DNA from: Macrostomum lignano
Lineage: Eukaryota
DNA length: 64,000 bases
Direction: 5' to 3'
NCBI GenBank assembly: GCA_002269645.1
Contig: NIVC01000249.1
Span: 62,001-126,000, forward strand
The stretch's first letter is position 1. Each line of letters starts with the position of its first letter. The notes beneath the pieces are model-generated. The model was not told the DNA's origin and searched no databases. It saw only the letters and a program-made list of their open reading frames with translations. Of the stretch, positions 1 through 15,281 are shown piece by piece. The position numbers were made by a program, and so were the translations under genes.

Positions 1-1116
<1,116 letters not shown>

Positions 1117-1431
1117 CACACTGGCCGACCGCTGAGTCTGATTAGAGCGCTTCAACTTCTGAAAGCATCTTCTATTGGGAAAAATTTTTTGCTGCACTTT
1201 TAGCTTTGAAACTGTTGGTTTTATCGCATTTTATCGGTGAATTTCAAGAGACTTTCTGGACACTTTGGACCATAGACATTACGCTGTGACCTCATGATCA
1301 CTCGAGCATCCCTCACAGAAACCGTAGAACCCATTGCTACATTCGGCTTCTGATCTCCCCTACCGACACCTACATCCGGTATCTGATCTTACTTGCTCTA
1401 CCCCTACCGATAATTTTAACCGGTGCAACAG

Positions 1432-1593
1432 AGTGGTGACAGGGTGGTGACAGGGTGTGACAGGGTGGTGACAGGGTGGTGACAGGGTGGTGACAGGGTG
1501 GTGACAGGGTGGTGACATGGTGGTGATAGGGAGGTGACAGGGTGGTGACAGGGTGTTGATAGGGTGGTGACAGGGTGTTGATAGGTTGGTGAC
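1432..1593. repeat. 11-bp minisatellite
   Basis: GGTGACAGGGT. Confidence 0.92.
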
Positions 1594-1656
1594 ATGCTCG
1601 CTGAAGTCATTTTCAAAGCAACACATCGAATTTGCGTTCATAAGTTCATGACTTTA

Positions 1657-1960
1657 TGAGTGAGTGAGTGAGTGAGTGAGTGAGTGAGTGAGTGAGTGAG
1701 TGAGTGAGTGAGTGAGTGAGTGAGTGAGTGAGTGAGTGAGTGAGTGAGTGAGTGAGTGAGTGAGTGAGTGAGTGAGTGAGTAAGTGATTGAGTGAGTGAG
1801 TGAGTGAGTGAGTGAGTGAGTGAGTGAGTGATTGAGTGAGTGAGTGAGTGAGTGAGTGAGTGAGTGAGTGAGTGAGTGAGTGAGTGAGTGAGTGAGTGAG
1901 TGAGTGAGTGAGTGAGTGATTGAGTGAGTGAGTGAGTGAGTGAGTGAGTGAGTGAGTGAG
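1657..1960. repeat. (GAGT)n microsatellite
   Basis: Direct reading. Confidence 0.97.
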
Positions 1961-2303
1961 CACTGGTGACACATCGTATAGTGAAGAGTCAAACACAGAT
2001 TACCAGTCTGCTTCGAATTGAATCGATTTTCAGCTCAAAAAGCCACTTGAATCTTTTTGTTTATTGTTAAATTTTAAATAACTTTGTATCGATACTGCGC
2101 TCATAGAAATCTCTTCAGCTCAATGCTGATTTACCGTAAATGGTGAAAATTATTTGAAAGCAAAGGTTTTAAGCTAACCTAGCCAATGTCTCGTGCCTGC
2201 GGAAAAACAAAGGGCATGCGACTCATGCTGAAGAGAAAAGAAATGCTCATGGAGAAATCACTAAACATGCTATCATTGTCACAATGAAATTCTCCCCGAT
2301 CCC

Positions 2304-3560
2304 CTAAGCGGCGCCAGCGATTGCCTTCACTGCGACCGTCTCTGTGGCTTCCGTCTTCTGCTTTCCTGATCCAGACTGAGGCCTCGGCTTCGGTTCATCT
2401 TCCGGTTTTGTCATCGAGGGTTTTAAGGCCTCTCTGCAGAAATTGAAATAAACAGTCTTTGTTATAATTTCACTACTGCAGAAAGGTGAGTCAGTGCTGT
2501 GTCAGAGCAAGGAGTAATGTGCTTCAGAGCCGGGAACTAGGGTGTCAGAGCCGGGAACCAGGTGTGTCAGAACTGGGAACCAGGTGTGTCAGAGCCGGGA
2601 ACCAGGTGTGTCAGAGCCGGGAACCAGGTGTGTCAGAGCCAGGAACCAGGTGTGTCAGAGCCGGGAACCAGGTGTGTCAGAGCCGAGAAGCAGCTCCCTC
2701 TCCTACCGTGATAGAACCGCTTTGCCGGCGTCAGGCGTTCCTGACCCCGCAGTTCCGGGAGCCGTGGGCACGGCAGCGTCCTCTGTCGCGAGTTGCTCCA
2801 CTTTTTCCGCGGAAGTCGCCGCCGCGGCCTGCACAGATGAAGGCCGATTGACTCTGGTCGAAGTTCTACCGGCAGTGGCTGCTGTGGAGAGCATTGGGAC
2901 GGGGTGGATTGCTGCTGCACGATTTGAATTTTCAATATTTTTTAAAGAATCTTCAGGAGCACAGTTTAATTTTGAAATCCGGGGCCTGAGAATTTTGGAC
3001 TTCTTGAACTTTAGGTATATAAATAAAATAGTTCATGTTTGATAGGATCATAGCTTTGTCTCCGTGGGGGACTAGGAGTGCTGAATTTGAATTTAATTTA
3101 AGCTTCATTTAAATGTAGCTTCAACCCAAATACATTACACTCTCCACGGTTTACACCCCATGTAACTCAGAAATAAAAAAAAATCAACTCAAGAAGCCAA
3201 TAGTATTTGATGTATACCACCTTAAGCAGGAGTCGGGAAAATTTTATCCTTCAGTTCAGGGCCAGATAGAATATATAGAATATAGGACCCTCCGAGGGCC
3301 AGAGTAGAGAGGCTTAGCGGGCTGCATGTGGTCCTAGGGCTGGAGTTTGCCGACCCCTGACCTAAAGCTTCACAAGGCTGGGATTCTGGCCCATCACTTT
3401 GGCGGTTTTAAGATTGTGGAACCAAGGTGTTGGCTGCCCTGAAGCTGAGGAAGGACTGTGTCAGCTTACCAGTGCCGCCGCTCTTGCAGGCAGAACCGCC
3501 CCGACTCAGCAGGAGCAGCAGAGGCAGGAGAACAAAGGAATTGAAAGCAGTGGCACGCAT
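2304..3560 (-). CDS. Gene B: 142-aa secreted Ala/Thr/Pro-rich low-complexity protein (exons 3560-3470, 2914-2707, 2433-2304)
   Basis: Signal peptide MRATAFNSFVLLPLLLLLSRGGSA. Donors GTAAGC (phase 1) and GTAGGA (phase 2), acceptors GTGCAG and CTGCAG. CDS of 429 nt closes in frame at TAG 2306-2304. AATAAA on the minus strand at ~2060-2065. Confidence 0.7.
2522..2685. repeat. 22-bp minisatellite, gene B intron 2
   Basis: GGTGTGTCAGAGCCGGGAACCA. Confidence 0.92.
3227..3359. mobile_element. 133-bp hAT (Charlie-like) MITE in gene B intron 1
   Basis: Imperfect 15-bp TIRs CAGGAGTCGGGAAAA / GTTTGCCGACCCCTG (reverse complement CAGGGGTCGGCAAAC); 8-bp TSD ACCTTAAG / ACCTAAAG; internal GCGGGCTGCATGTGGTCC subterminal motif typical of hAT MITEs. 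Confidence 0.8.
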
Positions 3561-3825
3561 TTGCAGCACTTCGAAATAAATGATTTCTAAATTTGCTTTA
3601 CACGTACGAGTTAATGGGTTTCTCTTCAAGACAGCCAGCAAGCACAAGAAAGTCACAGGCCCATAGACAGTTTAGAATTACTCGAAGCAATTTCTGGAAG
3701 TTGCTGCAGCTGACTGGTTTTATGAAAATGTTTTAAAAAGTACATCCTTTCCCTCATTTGCTATCAGCGCGACTGCTCAACAAAAATACTCGTATAATAA
3801 TAGAAGGTACGAAACGGGTCTCAGC

Positions 3826-6417
<2,592 letters not shown>

Positions 6418-6721
6418 CTTTGTCCCAACTGGAAGAGAAAACTCAAGAAAAATGCATGCCAAGGACTAGGCAGTTTCTTTTGGTTGTTGCAGAAATTGTA
6501 TTCTGTAGATTTAATATCTTCTGTTTCATAACAATTCTCTGTTTTTCGCGCACCTTTCTCAGCTGAAAAGGCAGAGTGGCACACTGTATGACCTAGATTC
6601 CATTGCATTATTTATAAGTGCCCCTGCTTGCTTGTTAAAAACACTTCATTCAAAAATAAAAGTGTCTCATTTTTAGAACATTAGAATTTTTAACTTCATT
6701 GGATAGCTCCGATTTTTTTCC

Positions 6722-6973
6722 GCTCAAGTAGCGGCACTGCTCAAGTAGCGGCACTGCTCAAGTAGCGGCACTGCTCAAGTAGCGGCACTGCTCAAGTAGC
6801 GGCACTGCTCAAGTAGCGGCACTGCTCAAGTAGCGGCACTGCTCAAGTAGCGACACTGCTCAAGTAGCGGCACTGCTCATGTAGCGGCACTGCTCAAGTA
6901 GCGGCACTGCTCAAGTAGCGGCACTGCTCAAGTAGCGGCACTGCTCAAGTAGCGGCACTGCTCAAGTAGCGGC
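6722..6973. repeat. 17-bp minisatellite, intergenic
   Basis: GCTCAAGTAGCGGCACT. Confidence 0.96.
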
Positions 6974-7386
6974 AAAGTCCAGAATCGAGTAGATGTTGGC
7001 TCACTTGTGTCTTGGCAAGATTTGGCAAAACTTCGGCAAATAAGCAAATCTTATGAGCTAAAAAATCTTTTAATCTCCGCATTGTGTAAGATCACTCGTT
7101 GTTAAAGTCTCCGGCAAGTCTTTAAAGTTCACAAATGCAATCAGTTTTTAAACACAATAAAGTGGATCCATAAAAATAGAAGGCAAAATTCTCAACCAAT
7201 CAGAGAGCGGGAAGCTCGCAGACGAGCTCCTATTGGTCGAGACGCCAGTTTAGAAATGCCTTGCCAGTGCAATCGGGTTGACTTTATTTAGCGGTTGAAT
7301 CGGTCAGCTGGTCTGTTAAGTCATCAGGGCCAGCTGGAATGCCTTCATACTTTGGCGCACTTCAAGTGAGTTGTCTGCTTCAACTG

Positions 7387-10300
7387 ATGCAGCCCCTGCT
7401 GTTGCTGCCGCTTTTGTTGCAGAATTTGCTTCTGCTGGCTTCCGCATTGCGGGCGGACGGGCTGGAGCCCGGCCTGCCTGACGGACATTCGGGCGTCATC
7501 CGGGTGGACCTGGAGAAGCTGAACCACTATAAAGGTGAGCTGCAAGTTCTGGAGGTACTGGGAGGCAGCGGGGAGGGGTCAACAGGGGAGGCAGCAGGGG
7601 GGTCAACAGGGGAGGCAGCAGGGGGGTCAACAGGGGAGGCAGCAGGGGGGTCAACAGGGGAGGCAGCAGGGGGGTCAACAGGGGAGGCAGCAGGGGGTCA
7701 ACAGGGGAGGCAGCAGGGGGTCAACAGGGGAGGCAGCAGGGGGTCAACAGGGGAGGCAGCAGGGGGGTCAACAGGGGAGGCCGCAGGAGGGTCAACAGCG
7801 GAGGCAGCAGGGGGTCGCTCCATCACGGATACTGACTGTCCACCCCGGCAAGCGCAGCGCTGATTCGGCAGGTGAGCCGGCTGCCTCAGCTGTCCAGCTG
7901 TCCGGTCGGTGGCGGCCAGCGGCTTCTACGCTGTCCGGATCGGACGCGAATTTTCGTCCGGTCTGCCGGCGACGATGCGAACGGCTGCAGAGGCGGCGCC
8001 AACGCCACGGGGCGTCCGCTTGAAGATGGCCGCGGCGTCTCGGGCTGCGTCGTCTCCAGGGCTCTGCAGGTGAGCGAATAGGGGATCCGGGAATCTTGGA
8101 GCTCGGCGGTGGCCCAGCAACTGGGGATCTGGGAGGCTGGCCCAGCAACTGGGGATCCGGGAATCTTGGAGGTCGGTGTTGGCCCAGCAACTGGGGATCC
8201 GGGAATCTTGGAGGTCGGTGTTGGCCCAGCAACTGGGGATCCGGGAATCTTGGAGGTCGGTGTTGGCCCAGCAACTGGGGATCCGGGAATCTTGGAGGTC
8301 GGCGGTGGCCCAGCAACTGGGGATCCGGGAATCTTGGAGGTCGGCGGTGGCCCAGCAACTGGGGATCCGGAAGGCTGGCTCAGCAACTGAGGATCCGGGA
8401 GGCTGGCTCAGCAACTTGAGGATCTGGGAGGCTGGCGGCTCAGCAACTAAGGATCTGGGAGCTGGCTCAGCAACTGGGGATCTGGGAGGCTGGCCCAGCA
8501 ACTGGGGATCCGGGAAGCTGGCTCAGAAACTGAGGATCTGGGAGGTTGGCCCAGCAACTGAGGATCTGGGAGGCTGGCCCAGCAACTGAGGATCTGAGAG
8601 GCTGGCCCAGCAACTGAGGATCTGAGAGGTTGGCCCAGCAACTGGATTTGGGAGGCTGGCCCAGCAGCTGAGGATATGAGAGGGCGGTGGTGCGCCCAAA
8701 AGCTTCTGTCTTCATCAGTTCTTTTCCCCATCCATTTTCTCGTCAATAGAATTGCCTGCCAATAAATCTATAATGAATGGTTGTTTGTGCAGGTTTGCGC
8801 TGTTTGCCGCTCGAGAGCGCCCAGCAACACAGGTGCGAAACTTCGCGCTTCGTAGATGAGTCCTCAGGGATTCGGGTGTGGCTATGGTGAGGCTATAAAA
8901 GGCTTGGTGAGGCTATAAAAGGCTTGGTGAGGCTATAAAAGGCTTGAGGGTCCGGCTCTTGAAATCCTAAATGGAAAGAAAAATTAATAGAGCAGCTCTC
9001 CGCTTCTGTCTTTGTCGGCTTTGCAAAAATGCAAAAATTACAGTTGAGGGGGTTTTTATCTTCTAATAGTGCAATCTGCTTTCGAAACTCGAATAGTTTT
9101 ATCGCTTGTTTTTTGTCTTCCTGTAAAAATTTTCTTACAAAGTTTTCTACCATGCTTCTCATAACTGAGTTTGTTTTTTTCAAACTTCATATCGCTCGTA
9201 ATAAATCGTTGCGCGAAAACTCAGGCTAAGTCGGAGAATTTTGTGAGAATATTTCTCATCGCTACAGGCTGTGGGCGGTCAAGCCATTTCCATTCTCAAT
9301 GCATTTTTATTCTCTCCAAGCGCATTGGCGCATGGCGCTTTCCACTGTGGCTTCTTGGGTGCGTTAAAGTGCGCTTGTTGAAAATTTTTGAGTGAACATT
9401 CTTCTGACTTGAGGCAGGTGGTCTAGTGCTGAGTCGGAGCTCAATTATGCTGAGTCGGAGTTCATTTGTGCTGAGTCGGAGCTCATTTGTGCTGAGTCGG
9501 AGCTCATTTGTTCTGTGTCGGAGCTCATTTGTGCTGTGTCGGAGCTCATTTGTGCTGAGTCGGAGCTCATTTGTGCTGAGTCGGAGTTCATTTGTGCTGA
9601 ATTGGATTTCATTTGTGCTGAATTGGATTTCATTTGTGCTGAGTCGGAGCTCATTTGTGCTGAGTCGGAGCTCATTTGTGCTGAGTCGGAGTTCATTTGT
9701 GCTGAATTGGATTTCATTTGTGCTGAATTGGATTTCATTTGTGCTGAGTCGGAGCTCATTTGTGCTGAGTCGGAGCTCATTTGTGCTGAGTCGGAGTTCA
9801 TTTGTGCTGAATTGGATTTCATTTGTGCTGAATTGGATTTCATTTGTGCTGAGTCGGAGCTCATTTGTGCTGAGTCGGAGTTCATTTGTGCTGAATTGGA
9901 TTTCATTTGTGCTGAATTGGATTTCATTTGTGCTGAGTCGGAGCTCATTTGTTCTGTGTCGGAGTTCATTTGTGCTAAGTCGGAGCTCATTTGTGCTGAG
10001 TCGGAGTTCATTTGTGCTGAATTGGATTTCATTTGTGCTGAATTGGATATCATTTGTGCTGAGTCGGAGCTCATTTGTGCTATTTTGGGAAGAAGTTTCG
10101 AACTCTCATCCTTCCTGAGAGCTCGCTAAGTTGTACTTCGATATCGCCATGCCTTTATTCTGAGCTCAGGAAAATTTCCAGATCATCCACTGAGGCACTG
10201 CTTTGAGCAGTGGCGGCGGCCGCGGCGGCGGCTGCTGGGCTTTGAGTCGCGGCCCCAATCTGCCCTCATTACTCATGCATTGCGCCGGGTTCCGCATGCG

Positions 10301-13300
10301 CACTGTTAGAGAGGGAGGGAGGGCGATGCACAGCATTGAAGATAAGAATCTGCAACTACAAGCGCTGGGTGCGCAGAGAGAGAGAGAGAGGCGCTTATGA
10401 CCGGGCAAAGCGCCTCTCTGGCTCTGTTAGACTGCCGGCGTCTCCTCCCGCCAGCCCGTCCGACCGTCTGTTTGGCCAAGGAGACCCGGATGCAGAACCT
10501 GGACTGGCCAACTCGTCGCTGAAGTCCGCCATTTTCAGTAAAATCTCAATAGGCTGACTGCTGCAGGTAGCTTTCGAGTTTCGAGCTTTCGAACTCCTAT
10601 CAACACTAACTCAAAGGCTATCGCTCTAGATCGCGTATATTTTTTACGCGAGGTCAGGAGAGCCCTGACTCTCCAGGTTCCGGCTCTGAGACCTCCTGGG
10701 TCCATGCATCGCGCCGGGAGGGGGGCTGTGCTGGGGTGCAGGGCCCGTGGAGCTTCCCCCCTGGCCTCCAACCCCAACTGCTGCCCCCAGCTCCCCTGGC
10801 GCCAATATCTGATCGGCTCTGGCGCAGCTCGCCGAGCAGCAAAATGTTCCGCTAGAAGGAACAGTATAGACAATTCACGGAGCTTCAAAAGCTTTGGCGA
10901 GGGCTGGGGTGGAAGAGAAACTACTCGGAGTATGCGTTTCATATCTGCCGTCCGGTTGAGCATGAGCTTGCGTGTTGGGTGCCGCGGACCCCTGCCGCTC
11001 ACGCTTTTATGAGTCTAACCCCCTAAATTTACTGCCGGGCCTTGAGCTGGAGGGTTGGAAATGTCTGTTTGAGAACTTTTTGTTTCTTAACCGGTTTTGA
11101 ACTTCTTGACAGCGCTTGGGCATGTGGTTCCATCCCTCCTAGTGGCGTATGCAGAGGGTGCAGGGGGGGGGGTGGCCCCCCAATCGCCCCCGCAAGAACC
11201 TTGCGCTCCTCAAAAAACTGAATGAAAAAAATGAAAAAAAATATGACAGGAGCTCAACTTTTCGCCAACTCTTAGAGACCTGGATGACAGGGGGCGGCGC
11301 GACCACCAAGAGGCAGGGGCGCCAACCTAAGAGACAGGGGCGCCAACCTAAGAGACAGGGGCGCCCACCTCATAGACAGGGGCGCCCACCTCATAGACAG
11401 GGGCGCCCACCTCATAGACAGGGGCGCCCACCTCATAGACAGGGGCGCCCACCTCATAGACAGGGGCGCCCACCTAAGAGACAGGGGCGCCCACCTAAGA
11501 GACAGGGGCGCCCACCTAAGAGACAGGGGCGCCCACCTAAGAGACAGGGGCGCCCACCTAAGAGACAGGGACCCCAACCAAAGAGACAGGGGCGCCAACC
11601 TAAGAGACAGGGGCGCCAACCTAAGAGACAGGGGCGCCCACCTAAGAGACAGGGGCGCCAACCTAAGAGACAGGGGCGCCCACCTCATAGACAGGGGCGC
11701 CCACCTAAGAGACAGGGGCGCCAACCTAAGAGACAGGGGCGCCCACCTCATAGACAGGGGCGCCCACCTAAGAGACAGGGGCGCCCACCTAAGAGACAGG
11801 GGCACCAACCTAAGAGACAGGGGCGCCCACCTCATAGACAGGGGCGCCCACCTAAGAGACAGGGGCGCCCACCTCATAGACAGGGGCGCCAACCAAGACA
11901 GCGAATATTGGCATCTCTTATGGTTGCTGCCGCTCCAATAAAAACTCCTTGCGCATATCTGCCTCTCTTTCACATCTTAAGCCATTTCATTCATCCCACT
12001 CCATCTACTCTTCCTGATTCGCAGCTAGAAATTCTTTCTCTGCTACAAACACACAATAATCATTCAGAACTGTCTTATATAGATTGTATTGGTAGGCAAG
12101 AATCAGTCAAGCTAGCAAGATTATTCGTATCAAAATGATGAATTGCTCAATACTCAGGACTAGGGTAAGGATTAAAGGCTGACCCGTGAATATTTTCCCA
12201 TCGGAGGTCAAATTAAATCTCTTCAATTTTACAACGCAAACTTCAAAGCGCCCCCGCCCTCCCCCCGGTTTGTAAAACAAGTTAATTGTTCGGGCAGCTC
12301 ACAGGCCAATAAATATCCATTAGGCAGTCATTTGGCAGTGATAAAACCGTCTGCTCTGTCCCCGGATGTGGATTTTCAATAAAAATTGATCCCATAACTG
12401 TTGGAGCAGGCAAACTCTGCTCACTGTAAAAGCTATCGTGTAAAACAACATTTTTGCAGAAGTTATAACTGCCGTAGCCGACTGCTTTCCGGGTCACACT
12501 TGGCTGCAACCAATTGCTGCAACAGCACCTGCTTTGACCTTCTGCTACTGAAGATAAACTAAACTATATAGCCAAGCAATTCACAATGCAGCAGATTTGC
12601 TTAGTCATATTCCAACGAGCCGGGATTTTTCAATAGGGGAAGAAAGAAATTGTGCACAAAATAAGTTTGTTCTGCGCACAGAAAATAATGGCTCACCACT
12701 TCTGCTGCTGCAGCCGCTCTGCAACAGGAAAGAAATCCGAGAGGCAGATAATGGGAGAGGGCGATGGTCACTAAGGCCTGTTGGTGCAGGCACAAACATT
12801 TTGATGGCAAGCAGGTGACCAGTACGCGTACGGGGGGCGGGCGAGGCTGGAAAGAATTTCCCACAGACAAATTGGCGTCGGGATTCCGAATTGGGAAGAG
12901 ATGGATGGGAGTTGCGCTCTCCACCCTAACTGAATTGAGGTCAACAGGGGCAACAAGCTGACTGAATATCAGTTTTGTCCGTCTGGGGAGAGTGGGTGCT
13001 GGGGAGAGTGGGTGTTGGGGAGAGTGGGTGTTGGGGAGAGTGAGTGTTGGGGAGAGTGGGTGTTGGGGAGAGTGGGTGTTGGGAGAGTGGGTGTTGGGGA
13101 GAGTGAGTGTTGGGGAGAGTGGGTGTTGGGGAGAGTGGGTGTTGGGAGAGTGGGTGTTGGGGAGAGTGGGTGTTGGGGAGAGTGGGTGTTGGGAGAGTGG
13201 GTGTTGGGAGAGTGGGTGTTGGGGAGAGTGGGTGTTGGGAGAGTGGGTGTTGGGAGAGTGGGTGTTGGGGAGAGTGGGTGTTGGGAGAGTGGGTGTTGGG

Positions 13301-15222
13301 AGAGTGGGTGTTGGGAGAGTGGGTGTTGGGAGAGTGGGTGTTGGGAGAGTGGGTGTTGGGAGAGTGGGTGTTGGGGAGAGTGGGTGTTGGGAGAGTGGGT
13401 GTTGGGAGAGTGTGTGTTGGGGAGAGTTGGTGTTGGGGAGAGTGGGTGCTAGGGAGAGTGGGTGCTGGGGAGAGTGGGTGTTGGGGAGAGTGGGTGTTGG
13501 GGAGAGTGTGTGTTGGGGAGAGTGGGTGTTGGGGAGAGTGTGTGTTGGGGAGAGTGGGTGTTGGGGAGAGCGGATGTTGGGGAGAGCGGATGTTGGCAGT
13601 AGTTGGACCGAACTACGGCTAATTAGGCTCGCTTCATTCTCGATTCCACCCGCAGGCCGCCAAGCTGAAGTGCGAGGAGTCGAGCCGGTGCAACCTCACT
13701 CAGCCGATGCTGCCGCCCGACGCCGAGGACCCGCTGAAGCTGGCGCCCTGCTACCGGCTGCTGGACCGGCTGAAGGTTTCTTACCAGTGCGAACCGGGTG
13801 AGCCGTGGGTTCGACTCTCGGTCGGGTGCTCAACTGGTTGCCAAAGGAAAATGGAGATACGAATTTACCTGAGAACCTTGGGGGAATGAGCTAAGAAATA
13901 TCCCACTTTGGGATTTGGGAGCAGGGAAATTCCTAGAAATCCCACTATGGAATTTGGGAGCAGGGGAATTCCTAGAAATCCCACTCTGGTATTTGGGAGC
14001 AGGTGAATTCCTAGAAATCCAATTTCCCCAGGGATTTGGGGGCAGGAGAATTCCTAGAAATCTCTCTATGGGATTTGGGTTTCTAATTAAAAGCAAACAG
14101 TTTAGTTTTGCACAATAAAAGTCTTCAGAACGGTTCCCCAGTTGAGCGGAGCAGCTTGACTTTGAGCACTCCAGCTGAATAGAAGGAACAAAGACCTGTC
14201 GCGGAGGATTTGCTGCTTTCAAAGGAGAAAAAAGCAACCCCCCCCCAGTCAGTCAAACAAAGACCAACTGAGCGGCTGACTGACACCCTTTCCTGGAATG
14301 GCTCGAAGGCAGAGCTGCAACAACAATGGGAGTGACTGGGGGGGGGGGTGACGCGAGGTGTCAGGAAGAATTGTTGAAAATTGGGCTGAAGTCGCGGGTT
14401 GCTTTTTATCCGACCAGAACAGAAATGGCCGTTGGGGAAGCGGCACAGTTTGCTTCTGCGGCCCATCCTGAACTCAATCTGAGGACAAACTGATCGTCAT
14501 CCTGTTGTGGAAAAAAAGGAAAATAAAAAAACTGAATTGTGATTAAGTGTGCAAGAGCTTTTTGCCTTTGTAATTGATAAAATTAATTTAATAGAAAGAT
14601 TATGGATAGCTCATGACTGCTCATGGCTGCTCATGGCTGCTCATGGCCGCTCATGGCTGCTCATGGCTGCTCATGGCTGCTCATGGCTGCTCATGGCTGA
14701 TCATGGCTGCTCATGGCTGCTCATGGCTGCTCATGGCTGCTCATGGCTGCTCATGGCCGCTAATGGCTGCTCATGGCTGCTCATGGTATGGTTTCTCATG
14801 ATTGCTCATGGTATGGTTTATCATGACTGCTCATGGTATGGTTTCTCATGATTGCTCATAAGTGCTCATGGCTGCTCATGAGTCACTTCCAGTTGTACTT
14901 CGTATTACCTGGAAAAAATGATGCTAATCTATCCCAATCAGTAAGACTCTGGCCTCCCCATGGCAACCATTGTGACCACGGCCACTGCTGATGACTGCTG
15001 ATCGTTGCCCGTTCATCCTCTGCCCGATCAGTTATCAGGAGCCGGCTGATCTGCGCCGACACCTACACCACTCTGTCCTGCGGGCGGCGCGGCAGAATCC
15101 TGACTCTGGACGCTGTGCTGACAAGTCGCTACCTGCTGCCGCAGCTGCTGGACTCGGCAGAATTCGAGCCTGACGATGTTCTTGGCAGCCCCGATGGCAT
15201 TCAGGGACTGGTGAGGACTGGC

Positions 15223-15281
<59 letters not shown>

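Noticed and set aside
6722-6973. Possible CRISPR-like arrays here and at 44720-45383
   Set aside because: Head-to-tail repeats without unique spacers, eukaryotic context, no cas genes.
8793-8832. 40-nt AG...GT bounded micro-exon in eva-1 intron 2
   Set aside because: Would shift the frame, and the SUEL domain is continuous without it; at most a poison or cryptic exon.
11149-12138. 329-aa RQGRPPK-repeat ORF resembling a protamine or AT-hook protein
   Set aside because: 21-bp intronic minisatellite; the antisense frame is equally open; no compatible splice integration.
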